DNA from: Candidatus Iainarchaeum sp.
Lineage (GTDB): Archaea > Iainarchaeota > Iainarchaeia > Iainarchaeales > VGJJ01
NCBI GenBank assembly: GCA_043803765.1
Contig: JAZDJQ010000011.1
Location: forward strand, 1 to 61,162
DNA: 61,162 bases
Direction of reading: 5' to 3'
Below the pieces are notes generated by a model. It was given only the letters and a program-made list of their open reading frames with translations. It ran no database searches and was not told where the DNA came from. How positions within the stretch are numbered: the first letter of the stretch is position 1; each line of letters opens with the position of its first letter. Shown one piece after another: positions 1 through 10,123 of this stretch. The position numbers were made by a program, and so were the translations under genes.

Positions 1-150
1 AAATGGTTGACGTCCCTGACGGGTTTGAGAAATCGGACACTAACGGACATCACGAAAGGGTTATTTACCTCGTGCGTCTTAATGGAATCATAGAGTAATA
101 CGCGGGCTCCTTTCCCAATGTGCCTACCCCGCTCGGGGCATTCATCCCGT

Positions 151-900
151 TCAATACTTCGTCTGCTTGAACGCATCGTTGAAGTGGTGCGTGCAGAGCA
201 TTCCCGTGTGCAAGTAGGTTTCGATTCCTTTTTCTCGGGCGTCCTGGCAGAAGTAGATGTCGTCGCTCGCGAGTTTGTCTTCTTCGTAGCGGAAGGACAC
301 TTTTTCAAGTACAGTGCGGGCGATGAGCGTGCACCCCAATCCCACGTAGGCCACGTTGAGGATGCGCGTGGGGAATAATTCTAGGAATCCCATGCTCCGC
401 ACGATGTTTTTCATTTTGGCTTCCTCATTCTCAAACGTCCCGGCCATGATGGTGAGTGTTTTCTCAGGGGTCTTGTTGTAGTAGGTGGCCCCCACAATGT
501 CTTTTTCAGTGTGAAGAAGTGCTTCAATCACATTCGCCGGGGGCACCACGTCCTGTTCGAGGGAGAGGAAATAATCGTATTTTTCACGCACAACTAATTC
601 CCGTATCTTGTTGCGTCCGTTCACCAAGCGTTTGCGTGCATAATGCGCGGTTTCCCCCGAATAGATTACGCGGAATGTTCTCCCCGGGTGAGTAACTTCC
701 CAATCTTGTGCGAGGGTTCTGATTTTCTCCGAATACGTGGGAGCAGGGGAGTTGTCCTCTAACACGACGTCAAAATTAGGATACGTAAGGGCATTAAGTC
801 CGGCAAAGAAAGCATTCAAACTATCGTGTTTGAGATAACACGTGGGTCCTCCCACAAGAATACGGGGGTGAGCTTCTTTCGTTGAAAAAGAGGGTTTCAT
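151..900 (-). CDS. Glycosyltransferase family 2 (GT-A fold)
   Basis: EDNS, SLEQDV (DxD-like), GLGCTLI and SDDIYFC motifs typical of GT2 enzymes. Confidence 0.8.
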   Translation of the reverse strand: MKPSFSTKEAHPRILVGGPTCYLKHDSLNAFFAGLNALTYPNFDVVLEDNSPAPTYSEKIRTLAQDWEVTHPGRTFRVIYSGETAHYARKRLVNGRNKIRELVVREKYDYFLSLEQDVVPPANVIEALLHTEKDIVGATYYNKTPEKTLTIMAGTFENEEAKMKNIVRSMGFLELFPTRILNVAYVGLGCTLIARTVLEKVSFRYEEDKLASDDIYFCQDAREKGIETYLHTGMLCTHHFNDAFKQTKY

Positions 901-1160
901 GCGCTGATGGTAACGCTTCCGCCGATGGCTTGGCCGGGAAGCCCCTTATCGAATTTTACGCGGACAGCGCCCGAGTTTCCATGGGCTGCCATGATTTTTC
1001 CCGTAATCACCTTATTCGCCACGCTTTTCCATGTGACTTTCTTTCCTGCGAGTGAATGCGCCTTCGCCCTCGAATCAATTCCCTCTACTTCTACTACATA
1101 CTGGGTAGGGTGTTGGGTGTTCTTTCCTCGGCGATAATTCTTCAAAATTCCCTGCATCAT
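897..1160 (-). CDS. rpl35ae: 50S ribosomal protein L35Ae (eL33)
   Basis: NYRRGKNTQHP, GKIMAAHGNSGAVRVKF and LPGQAIG signatures; ATG at 1160. Confidence 0.95.
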   Translation of the reverse strand: MMQGILKNYRRGKNTQHPTQYVVEVEGIDSRAKAHSLAGKKVTWKSVANKVITGKIMAAHGNSGAVRVKFDKGLPGQAIGGSVTISA

Positions 1161-1230
1161 AAACAAAAAAACCAGGAAACAGGCTTTTAAAGCAATCTTT
1201 AAGAGTCCCTATTCCATTATTCCCACTATT

Positions 1231-1890
1231 ATGCTCATTGCCGGTATTGATGAAGCGGGCCGTGGACCCGCATTAGGTCCTATGGTGATGGCGGTTGCGC
1301 TCATTGACTCGGAAGAAGAGGATTCCCTCTACCAGTTAGGAGTAAAAGACTCTAAGGTTGTTCCAATTCATGAGAGGGAACGCCTTTACCCATTGCTCCA
1401 GTCCACGCTTTCCCACTATAAAACACATCATATTCATGTTTCTGAATTGGATGAGTTAATGGAGAAAATTTCCCTGAATGAGATTGAGGCAATGAAAATA
1501 GGTTTATTGTTGAATGAGCTTCCTCAAAAACCAAAAGTAGTATTCGTGGATTCCCCCGATCCATTAGCGGATCATTTTGCTCGGCGGATAGAAAACTATA
1601 TTTCCTATTCTCCTAAAATCGTGGCGGAGCATAAAGCCGATGCTAATTATCCTATTTGCGGGGCGGCCTCTATATTAGCAAAAGTGGAGCGCGATGCCGC
1701 CATAAAAGAATTACAGTCCGCGTTTTCCGTGTTTGGTGATATTGGTTCGGGTTATTCGCATGACGAACGCACGATTTCATTTATTCAGCGCTATGTGAAG
1801 ATGCATAACATGCTTCCTTCTTGTGCACGAAAGAAGTGGGAAACGAATGTGCGTTTGATGGATGCGCGTTTTCAAACAAAACTAGTCTAG
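1231..1890 (+). CDS. rnhB: Ribonuclease HII
   Basis: GIDEAGRGP, DSK, KAD, AASILAKV, GSGY motifs. Confidence 0.97.
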   Translation: MLIAGIDEAGRGPALGPMVMAVALIDSEEEDSLYQLGVKDSKVVPIHERERLYPLLQSTLSHYKTHHIHVSELDELMEKISLNEIEAMKIGLLLNELPQKPKVVFVDSPDPLADHFARRIENYISYSPKIVAEHKADANYPICGAASILAKVERDAAIKELQSAFSVFGDIGSGYSHDERTISFIQRYVKMHNMLPSCARKKWETNVRLMDARFQTKLV

Positions 1891-2643
1891 TTTTTCATTC
1901 TTATTCGTTTCTTCTTTTACGATTGGCTTAAGTTTTAATGCGTGCGTTCCAAAGTATTCCGAGAACTTTTTGGTTGTGCGTAAAACGAACGTTCTTCCTT
2001 TTGGTTCGCGCGAAACGAATCCTTTTTCCACAAGGACTTGCAAGTGCTCGTATGCCGTGTTGCTCCTCACTTGTACCAATTGGGATTGAATAAGGGGTTG
2101 TTTGTATGCAATAAACGCGAGTGTTTTCATTTCTGCTGGAGACAACTCTCCGCTTCCTGCAAGGTGCGATACTTGTTCATCGTACGGGGAACGTACTCGC
2201 ATGCGATATCCCCCTACATCTTCTACTATTTCCAATGCGGTGTTGCGTGCATTGAATGAATCAATCATTTCGGATGCATACATTCTCGTTTTTAGTAATG
2301 GAATGCCTGCTGTTTTTCCTAATTCTTCGGGTGAAACCGCTTTGCTGCTCATGAATAATGCGGCCGTCATAACATCTACTGCTTCTTTCTTGTTGAGTGT
2401 TTTTTCTTTTTTTTCATTTGTTTCTAATACGGGTTCATATTCTTCTTCTTTTTCTTCGTGCTCTTCTCTTGTTCTTTTGGGGTCATGCACGGATTCGATT
2501 GGAGAATACTTTTCTTCTTCTCCTGTGGGTGATTTTATTACTTCTCCTTCATCCGTGAGCAGTTCTTCCGGTCCCATGGTATGGAGTGAAGCATTTTTCT
2601 CCTTCTTCCCCTTCATGATTTTGGATAGCCACGACCAGACCAT
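1882..2643 (-). CDS. scpB: SMC-Scp complex subunit ScpB with acidic N-terminal extension
   Basis: AALF, LEIVEDVGGYRM, TLAFIAYKQP, TTKKFSEYFG tandem winged-helix pattern. Confidence 0.9.
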   Translation of the reverse strand: MVWSWLSKIMKGKKEKNASLHTMGPEELLTDEGEVIKSPTGEEEKYSPIESVHDPKRTREEHEEKEEEYEPVLETNEKKEKTLNKKEAVDVMTAALFMSSKAVSPEELGKTAGIPLLKTRMYASEMIDSFNARNTALEIVEDVGGYRMRVRSPYDEQVSHLAGSGELSPAEMKTLAFIAYKQPLIQSQLVQVRSNTAYEHLQVLVEKGFVSREPKGRTFVLRTTKKFSEYFGTHALKLKPIVKEETNKNEKLD

Positions 2644-2792
2644 GAGAAAAGTCTTCTCCTTTGGGTTTAATAAATTCCCCTATTTCCCTTGTGTAAATGA
2701 TAAAATCATTATTTTGATTATTTTTTATGGGATGCAGGCAACCCTTATCCAAGTGGAGGGTTTAAATGGTCTTTTTGTCCAGTAGGGGGTGT

Positions 2793-3305
2793 ATGAACAT
2801 CCTTCCCTTGCTTGGGGTGGCTTTCCTATTTTTGTCCGGCTGCCTTGCCAGTCCTCCCCCTGAAAAAAATGTGATTGTGGTTGAGCAGGGAACACAAATA
2901 ACATCTGAAATAGTAAAAGATCCTTCTTTTGAAAATTTCCCAGGGGATGATGTGTTATTTTGTAATGGTGCTGATTTAACTGAAAATGAATCGTGCTTCC
3001 AATCCGCTTTTTCTACCTGTCAACACGCAGTAGGTGTTTTGTGGTCGGCTCCGGATGGTTTTCCATTATCCATCGAGTCGAAAGGAATAGATGAAGTAAC
3101 GGGGGATTGCTTAGTACGCATCGTAGTTTTTTCTGATTCCATTGACGAAACAGCGTTTGCTGGACAGTCAACCAATTGTCGTGTTCCTCCAACAATTACC
3201 AATGATGTATCCTCTGTTGTAAAGTATGACCTTTATTCTCTTTCTTCTTCTTTGTGTGAAGGAACACTCGTTGCTTTTTCTACCCCCACTCAAATCACAA
3301 CATAA
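2793..3305 (+). CDS. Hypothetical Cys-rich lipoprotein
   Basis: Hydrophobic signal ending LFLSGC (lipobox-like); several Cys; acidic. Confidence 0.6.
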   Translation: MNILPLLGVAFLFLSGCLASPPPEKNVIVVEQGTQITSEIVKDPSFENFPGDDVLFCNGADLTENESCFQSAFSTCQHAVGVLWSAPDGFPLSIESKGIDEVTGDCLVRIVVFSDSIDETAFAGQSTNCRVPPTITNDVSSVVKYDLYSLSSSLCEGTLVAFSTPTQITT

Positions 3306-3435
3306 TACGCGTTGATTGTCTCCCGTATTTGCGGCGATTGTCGCTATGTTTATTAACGTCAAATGCAACATAGTGCAGATTCATTTTTCCTAAAAAAATG
3401 GAATCGTTAGGGGAAAAAACAGGGGTGTTGCACAC

Positions 3436-4536
3436 ATGCGTTCGATGATTGATGACGCCGTTAAAGTGGGGCGTCAAAAAAGTGAAGAGGGATTAATAGA
3501 CGATTTTTCTGCTCCAAAAATCATGGTAATAGGAGCCGGTGGTGCGGGTTGTAATGCCGTCAACCGCCTCGCTCATATGAATATTGCGGGTGCACAGCTT
3601 GTTGCCGTGAATACGGATAAACAGCACTTGTCGATTATTGATGATAATATTACCAAAATCCTTATTGGAAAAAGTGTTACACGAGGATTAGGAGCAGGAG
3701 GCTACCCTGAAGTGGGGGAAAAAGCAGCTGAAGTAAGCAAAGCGGATTTGGAATCCGTTCTTCGCGGGGTAGATATGTTGTTTATCTCGGCAGGAATGGG
3801 GGGTGGAACCGGGACAGGCAGTGCCCCGATTATTGCCCAAATTGCCAAAGAGCAAGGTGCGATTGTGATTGCCATGGTAACCTATCCGTTCATGTTGGAG
3901 CGCGTGCGCACGATTAAAGCGGAAGATGGAATACAAAAGCTTGCGGGAATTTGTGATACGGTTATTGTGATTGATAATAATCGTCTTGCTGAGCTCGTTC
4001 CCAATCTTCCTATTCAGGATGCGTTTCGCGTGGCAGATGAGTTAATTGCCCGCGTCGTAAGCGGTATTACGGAAACCATTACTCAGCCTTCGCTCATTAA
4101 TTTGGATTTCGCGGATGTTCGCAGTATTATGACCGGCCGAGGGTTGTCCATGATTGCCGTAGGAGAGAGCAAGTCCGTTAATCGTGTGGATGAAGCAGTG
4201 AATGACTGTCTCAACAACACGCTTTTGGATGTGGATATTGCCGGAGCGAAAGGAGCCCTTATTCACATCACGGGGGGGCCTGAACTCACGCTGGGGGAGG
4301 CCAATAAGGTGGGGGAGATGCTTACCGACCAACTTGATCCCAATGCCGTGGTTATTTGGGGGGCGCGTATCAATCCTGCATTTGAGAATAAGATTGAAGT
4401 GATTTGTGTTTTTACCGGAGTTAAGAGTCCATTTGTGAAAACGAGTAATACTCCCGCTAAGGGAGGAACAAGTTCATACGGTGGAACGAGTTCTTCCCGC
4501 TCGAGTAGTGGGGATATGGGATTACGTTACGTATAA
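3436..4536 (+). CDS. ftsZ: Cell division protein FtsZ (copy A)
   Basis: GAGGAGCN, GGGTGTG tubulin motif, PSLINLDFAD T7 loop. Confidence 0.98.
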   Translation: MRSMIDDAVKVGRQKSEEGLIDDFSAPKIMVIGAGGAGCNAVNRLAHMNIAGAQLVAVNTDKQHLSIIDDNITKILIGKSVTRGLGAGGYPEVGEKAAEVSKADLESVLRGVDMLFISAGMGGGTGTGSAPIIAQIAKEQGAIVIAMVTYPFMLERVRTIKAEDGIQKLAGICDTVIVIDNNRLAELVPNLPIQDAFRVADELIARVVSGITETITQPSLINLDFADVRSIMTGRGLSMIAVGESKSVNRVDEAVNDCLNNTLLDVDIAGAKGALIHITGGPELTLGEANKVGEMLTDQLDPNAVVIWGARINPAFENKIEVICVFTGVKSPFVKTSNTPAKGGTSSYGGTSSSRSSSGDMGLRYV

Positions 4537-4546
4537 TTGCTAGTTG

Positions 4547-4578
4547 AACGCCGCGTCTATGCGGCGTTTTATTTTTTT
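4547..4578. terminator. Hairpin plus T tract between convergent ftsZ and peroxiredoxin genes
   Basis: AACGCCGCG-TCTA-TGCGGCGTT followed by T run. Confidence 0.6.
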
Positions 4579-4584
4579 CTAAAC

Positions 4585-5121
4585 CTATTTTTTCTTATTC
4601 AGTGTTTTCATTCCCGGCTGCCAATCTACTTCACACAATCCGCCTTGTTGGAATGCTTGTAGTACGCGGATGGTTTCCTTAACAGAACGTCCTACGCCCA
4701 AGTCCGATACCACTTCGTATCGGATGATTCCTTCTGGGTCGATGAGGAATAATCCCCGGTATGCGATTCCCTGGTCTTCTTTCAGCACACCGTATGCACG
4801 AGAAACATGATGGTTGGTGTCGGCGAGAATGGGGAATTTCACTTCGGGCATGTCTCTTTCCACCCATGCTTTATGAGAGTGTTCCGAGTCCGTGCTTGCT
4901 CCTACGATGTAGCAGTTCAGTTTTTTGAATTCTTCTTCCATTCGGGCGAATCCCTTGATTTCGGTAGGACAAACAAATGTAAAGTCTAGTGGATAGAAAA
5001 ACAATGCCACCCATTTTCTCTTATAGTCTTTCAACCCTATTTTCTTGAATTGACCATTCACGTATGCCATGCTATTAAAATCCGGTGCGTTTTGTCCAAC
5101 GATTGTCATTTTTTCATTCAC
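4585..5121 (-). CDS. ahpC: Peroxiredoxin, AhpC/Prx1 type
   Basis: FYPLDFTFVCPTE, GRSV, resolving Cys in LCEVDW. Confidence 0.93.
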   Translation of the reverse strand: MNEKMTIVGQNAPDFNSMAYVNGQFKKIGLKDYKRKWVALFFYPLDFTFVCPTEIKGFARMEEEFKKLNCYIVGASTDSEHSHKAWVERDMPEVKFPILADTNHHVSRAYGVLKEDQGIAYRGLFLIDPEGIIRYEVVSDLGVGRSVKETIRVLQAFQQGGLCEVDWQPGMKTLNKKK

Positions 5122-5241
5122 CTCGTGTGATACCTTATTATATTGCCCCGCCTCATTAAAAAAAGAATTTGGGTGGATTCCAACATTTTTAAGGGGGTAG
5201 GGTGTCTAGGGTATCTACTACTACTTAGGAGTTGAGGTGTA

Positions 5242-5538
5242 ATGGCCGAGTTGATGAAAGTAAAGCAATTGCGTCCCCGTATGGGAAACGTGTTTATTGA
5301 GTTAGAAGTGGTTTCCAAGGGAGAACCACGGGAGTTTGCTTCTGCGAAAGGAGAGGGGAAAGTCTGCAATGTGGCAGGAAAGGATGAAACGGGCGAGGTT
5401 CAAGTCTCGTTATGGAATGATGATATTGACAAAGTCCAGGAAGGGGCGAAGATTCGCATTGAGAATGGCTGGGTGTCTGAATACAAAGGGCAATTACAGC
5501 TTTCCACTGGAAAATTTGGCACGTTACACGTTCTCTAA
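5242..5538 (+). CDS. ssb: Single-OB-fold single-stranded DNA-binding protein
   Basis: DETGEVQVSLWN, IENGWVSEYKGQLQL OB-fold pattern; GAGGTG RBS. Confidence 0.85.
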   Translation: MAELMKVKQLRPRMGNVFIELEVVSKGEPREFASAKGEGKVCNVAGKDETGEVQVSLWNDDIDKVQEGAKIRIENGWVSEYKGQLQLSTGKFGTLHVL

Positions 5539-5631
5539 AAAAGTGTGCAACATAACAACGGTGGGAATCATTCTAATTTATAAATGGTTGGCTAAAACAA
5601 GGAGTAATACTTCCACCGGGAGGGAAGAACC

Positions 5632-5781
5632 ATGAATGTCGATAACGATTTCGTTTCACAAATGGATGATGACGGCGGCTCCGATGAAGGATTCGATGAT
5701 GAATCGGAAGAGGACCCCGAATGGGAAGAAGAGGAAGAAGAATCGGATGAAGATGGAGATATGGGTGGCGACGAGGAATAA
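5632..5781 (+). CDS. 49-aa hyperacidic small protein (not in ORF track)
   Basis: MNVDNDFVSQMDDDGGSDEGFDDESEEDPEWEEEEEESDEDGDMGGDEE; GGGAGGG RBS, upstream TTTATAAA, T-rich tract downstream. Confidence 0.7.
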   Translation: MNVDNDFVSQMDDDGGSDEGFDDESEEDPEWEEEEEESDEDGDMGGDEE

Positions 5782-5853
5782 GTTGCTTCCCATTTTTCCT
5801 TTTTTTCTCACACACCTTCCTTTTTATTTCCCCAGTTACTTCTTTTTCTCCGT

Positions 5854-6981
5854 ATGTCTACCGACCAAAGGATTAAGACGCTTACAAGTGGATTGGAAGA
5901 AGTTCTTACTCCTTCCGATTTAACGCATGTAATGGAATTGAATATTCCCCTGCATCATTATATTGGGTTTGAAATATCGGGAACGCCTCACATTGGTTCA
6001 GTAATTAAAACAATGCATCACATTCGTAATTTTCAAGAAGCAAAGGTTGATTGTGAAATTTTTCTTGCGGATTGGCACACGTGGATTAATGACAAGTTAG
6101 GCGGGGATAAGGAAGTCATTCAATCCATTGCACGAGGATACTTTACTGATTGTTTTATGGCCGGTGCGCTCATCATGAATACGGATGTAAGTAAAATAAA
6201 ATGGGTGTTGGGGAGTGAGCTCTATCATGAACAGGATGGATACTGGGAAACGGTTATTGATGTAGCGAAACACACTTCTCTTGCTCGAATGCAGCGTTCG
6301 GTTACTATCTTAGGCAGGCAGGAAGGGGAAAATCTTGATTTTGCTAAACTGATTTATCCCGCCATGCAAGTAGCCGATGTGTACTTCCAACGTGTTACAT
6401 TGGCTCATGCCGGAATGGATCAGAGGAAAGCCCATGTGGTGATGAGGGAAGTGGCAAAAAAGCTTCAATACCATCCGCTCACTCATAATGGGGAAACACT
6501 CACCCCTATTGCGTTGCATCATCATCTGGTGATGGGTTTGCAAAAACCCCCAATGTGGCCTATTCCAAAAGACAAAATAGGGGAAATGCGTTCCGCGTTA
6601 AAGATGAGCAAGTCCGTGCAGGGAAGCGCCGTATTCCTAGATGATTCTCCTGAGGAAATAAAGAAGAAAATGAATGCCGCGTTTTGCGTGGAAAAAAATA
6701 TAGAATACAATCCCGTATTAAACTGGGCCGAACACATAGTGTTTCCATTCATCAAGGAAATGAAAATAGAGCGCCCTGCTAAGTTTGGGGGAAACGTTTC
6801 CTATTCGGATTACGCTACTCTTTCCAATGATTTTGCCAAAGGAGACTTGCACCCGATGGATTTGAAAGCGGGAATGACTGCTTCCTTGAGTGAGGTTCTT
6901 TTTCCTGCAAGGAAATACCTTTCGAAGGATAAAGTGCAGCAGCATAAGAAGGAATTCGAGCGGTTGAAACTCACGCGGTAG
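5854..6981 (+). CDS. tyrS: Tyrosine--tRNA ligase, archaeal type
   Basis: YIGFEISG-PHIGS, ADWH, YPAMQVAD, GMDQRK, KMSKS, LHPMDLK. Confidence 0.96.
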   Translation: MSTDQRIKTLTSGLEEVLTPSDLTHVMELNIPLHHYIGFEISGTPHIGSVIKTMHHIRNFQEAKVDCEIFLADWHTWINDKLGGDKEVIQSIARGYFTDCFMAGALIMNTDVSKIKWVLGSELYHEQDGYWETVIDVAKHTSLARMQRSVTILGRQEGENLDFAKLIYPAMQVADVYFQRVTLAHAGMDQRKAHVVMREVAKKLQYHPLTHNGETLTPIALHHHLVMGLQKPPMWPIPKDKIGEMRSALKMSKSVQGSAVFLDDSPEEIKKKMNAAFCVEKNIEYNPVLNWAEHIVFPFIKEMKIERPAKFGGNVSYSDYATLSNDFAKGDLHPMDLKAGMTASLSEVLFPARKYLSKDKVQQHKKEFERLKLTR

Positions 6982-7023
6982 ATGTGCACGTATTTTTAAA
7001 GTCAAGAACGCTCCACCAGTCCT

Positions 7024-7659
7024 ATGAGTTACTATGCTGACCTCTTCCTACGGCCTAAGCAGGCCATGCAGTATGCAAATGAACATCCTTCTCTTTTGCG
7101 CAGTCTTGCATTCGTTTTTTTGGGCGCGGTTGCCGGATTGCTTTCTAGTTTTTTTTTATTGGGAACGATTTGGTGGGACTCGGTGTTAGGTTTTCTCTTA
7201 GTGGATATTTTGCGGTGGGTATTAGCAGGATTGATTTTAGTGTTGTTCACGATTATTTTTAGTAAAAAATCTTTTTCTAAAGAAGGCTTCCTGCGTGTTC
7301 TATCCATGTTGTCGCATATTAACGTGTATGGTTTTTTCATGTTTCTCATGCTTGCACTCTTGCTTCCTGCTGTTGCGATTCCAGACATTTTAGCTGCTGC
7401 TCCTCAATTGGCAAATGGAAACATTGGTCAGGAGGAATGGGCGGCTATTCTGTCTGCGTCCATTGGTTCGTATGCTCAGAATGAGTTCAATCCCATTATT
7501 GTTCCCATTGTTCTTTTGGGATTATTATTTTGGCTGTATGCGTTATATGGAATGTATCTCGCCACGCACCAATTTCTTCAAACGACCGCATTCAAAACCA
7601 TTATTGCGATGCTAATCGTAGTATTCGTTCAAGGGTTTGTGCTCGTGCTGATTGCCTAA
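7024..7659 (+). CDS. Yip1-like membrane protein
   Basis: About five hydrophobic segments; N-terminal LFLRPKQAM pattern. Confidence 0.6.
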   Translation: MSYYADLFLRPKQAMQYANEHPSLLRSLAFVFLGAVAGLLSSFFLLGTIWWDSVLGFLLVDILRWVLAGLILVLFTIIFSKKSFSKEGFLRVLSMLSHINVYGFFMFLMLALLLPAVAIPDILAAAPQLANGNIGQEEWAAILSASIGSYAQNEFNPIIVPIVLLGLLFWLYALYGMYLATHQFLQTTAFKTIIAMLIVVFVQGFVLVLIA

Positions 7660-8249
7660 AGGGCAAGCTCATAATGATATAACACATCATCCTGTCCCCA
7701 TGCTCCTTGGTTGGTGGATCCAACCTTTCTGAATCCGAGTTTCGTTGCGATGGCAATTGCGTGACTATTTTTTGAGTCAATATCGGTTGTAATAGCATAA
7801 TACCCTTTTTTCTTTTTTCCTGATTTTGCAATACGAGACTGTACATACCGAATGTGTTCAATAAACTCTTTCAAAAGTTCGGGTCCCGCTCCTTTTCCAC
7901 CAAAAGCGGCCCTGTTTTCAACTAGAACCCTGCTGATGTGTATTACCTTTACTTTGCTCCATCTCAACTTGAGGACGCGTGGTTCGTAATCAAGCGTTGC
8001 CACTTTATTACCATTCCACATGGCAATCAATTGTCGTTGTTTTCCATTATGTCCATCACGGTAACGGTGAATCACCATCTCTTTTTTCAATGATTTTCCT
8101 AGGAAGAATAACAATTGTTGTTGGGGCTCGGGTTTTTTTCTAAGAAAAGGGTATCTTTTTCTTGGAGGCATCGTGCTCATTGAAGGTAAGGGAGATCTTT
8201 CATTTTTTTTCCTCCAGAAGCGTCTTGGGGCCATACGCATACTGTCCAC
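7656..8249 (-). CDS. Basic orphan protein with GNAT-like fold; start uncertain
   Basis: HISRVLV...GGKGAGPELL (motif A-like) and NSHAIAIATKLGF (motif B-like); R/K/P-rich N-terminus. Confidence 0.55.
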   Translation of the reverse strand: MDSMRMAPRRFWRKKNERSPLPSMSTMPPRKRYPFLRKKPEPQQQLLFFLGKSLKKEMVIHRYRDGHNGKQRQLIAMWNGNKVATLDYEPRVLKLRWSKVKVIHISRVLVENRAAFGGKGAGPELLKEFIEHIRYVQSRIAKSGKKKKGYYAITTDIDSKNSHAIAIATKLGFRKVGSTNQGAWGQDDVLYHYELAL

Positions 8250-8285
8250 TCCCCCTTTAAATTCCTTAAGCTTCTAGTGCAGGGT

Positions 8286-9717
8286 ATGCCCCTCCACTTA
8301 TACAATACTCTTTCTCGTGGGAAAATGGAATTTGTTCCCATGAGTAAAAACAAAGTAGGATTGTATGCGTGCGGTCCTACCGTGTATCAGTTTGCTCACA
8401 TTGGGAATTTGCGTCCTTATGTGATGTGGGATATTCTGCGAAGAGTGTTGGAAAAGCACCGCTGCAAGGTAAAGCACGTAATGAATATTACCGATGTAGG
8501 GCACTTAGTGAGTGATGATGATTCGGGGGAAGATAAAATAGAAAAATCGGCGCGCGAACAAAAAAAATCACCGGAACAAATAGCGGACTTCTATACGGGT
8601 GCTTTCCTTAACGATATGCATGCGTTGCATATTCTTATTCCGCAAGTAGTGTGCAAAGCGCGGGAACACATTCCGGAGATGATTGCGCTGATTAAAAAAC
8701 TGGAAAAAAAAAGGATACGCCTATATTACTTCAAGCGGAGTATATTTTGATACGCAAAAATTCAAAGGATACGGGAAACTTTCACGTCTTAACATGGATG
8801 CGTTGAAAACTATCCGGAAAAACGTTGAAAAGGATCCGGGGAAAAAACACCCTGCTGATTTTCGTTTATGGCAAACGAATCAACCTCATCATATTCAACA
8901 ATGGGATTCTCCATGGGGAAAAGGGTATCCGGGTTGGCATATTGAATGCAGTGCCATGAGTATGAAATACTTAGGAGAAACGTTTGACATTCATACGGGT
9001 GGAAATGACCATATTCCTATTCATCATCCTAATGAAATCGCCCAGAGCGAAGCGGCTACTGGGAAAAAATTTGTTCATTATTGGCTGCATTCTGCTTTCA
9101 TGCAGGTGAATAATCAAAAAATGTCCAAGTCATTGAAAAACACGTTCCTTCTCTCAGATGTTGAAAAGAAGGGTTTTTCTCCTTTGGATTTGCGTTTTCT
9201 TTTTCTTACTGCACACTATCGCAGCGAACTTAATTTTACTTGGGATTCGTTAAAAGTTGCCCAAAAAACAAGGCAAGGGTGGAATGATTTCATTCGACGT
9301 CTTCAAAAGTATCAGGGAAATGATAAAAATATCCTTGTTGGAGAATGGTTAAAAGAAATAAATGAAAAAATAGATTTGGCATTGGATGATGACCTTAATA
9401 CTCCTCTTGCGTGGGCGATCTTGTCTGATTTTTCACGAAAAATAAATGAGGCAATGAGCACGGGAAACTTTTCTAAGGCCGATGCACGAAAAGTAGTGGA
9501 ATGGCTTCAAGATGTGAACGAAATTGTTGATGTTTTTAATTTTGAGCAGGAAGAAACACCTATTCCCGCGCACGTGTTGAAAATGGTGCAGGAAAGGGAA
9601 AAGGCGAGAAAGGAAAAGGATTGGAAGAAAGCCGATGCGTTGCGTGAAAGGATTGCCGTGGAAGGATTCCTCGTTAGCGACACGAAAGACGGGTTTGAAC
9701 TCTTGCCTATTCGTTAG
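8286..9717 (+). CDS. cysS: Cysteine--tRNA ligase split by a +1 frameshift in an A9 run
   Basis: CGPTVY-HIGN in the 5' ORF; PGWHIEC, HHPNE, KMSKS in the 3' ORF; removing one A at 8704-8712 restores LEKKGYAY. Confidence 0.93.
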
Positions 9718-10070
9718 TTGGAGTCGGCCGCAACCAATACTTTTCCTTTTGGTTTACCCGTTTGTTCCATGCTTTTTTTCATTAGTTGTTTATTCAATTC
9801 CATCATGTGTTTGACGATTGCATTTTGTGTGTTTAGTTTATACATTTCCGCTTTTCCTACTTTTCGTGTATGGATAACCAACTGGGTTTGTTGTAATTGT
9901 TCCCAGAACGTTTCTAACGTATTCCATGAAACGTCGGCGTTCCGGCAGATGTCTTTTTTGCTGTAATCAAAAATATCATTCTCAATGAGAAAATCCAAAA
10001 CTCGGATATAGGGGTAGTTGCCGAAAAATTCGATGAATACGGATGGGACCATTTTTTGGGGGTGTTTCAT
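9714..10070 (-). CDS. Winged-helix DNA-binding protein
   Basis: IRVLDFL...YSKKDICRNADVSWNTL...RKVGKAEMYKLN. Confidence 0.65.
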   Translation of the reverse strand: MKHPQKMVPSVFIEFFGNYPYIRVLDFLIENDIFDYSKKDICRNADVSWNTLETFWEQLQQTQLVIHTRKVGKAEMYKLNTQNAIVKHMMELNKQLMKKSMEQTGKPKGKVLVAADSN

Positions 10071-10123
10071 ATGGAAGAATACCTTCCCTAAGTTTAAAAA
10101 TATACTTCTTGGTGTTTCAAATA

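Noticed and set aside
1-150. Partial gene and small hairpin at the window start
   Set aside because: Too short to assign; the candidate ATG frames stop early and only a possible start near position 50 remains.
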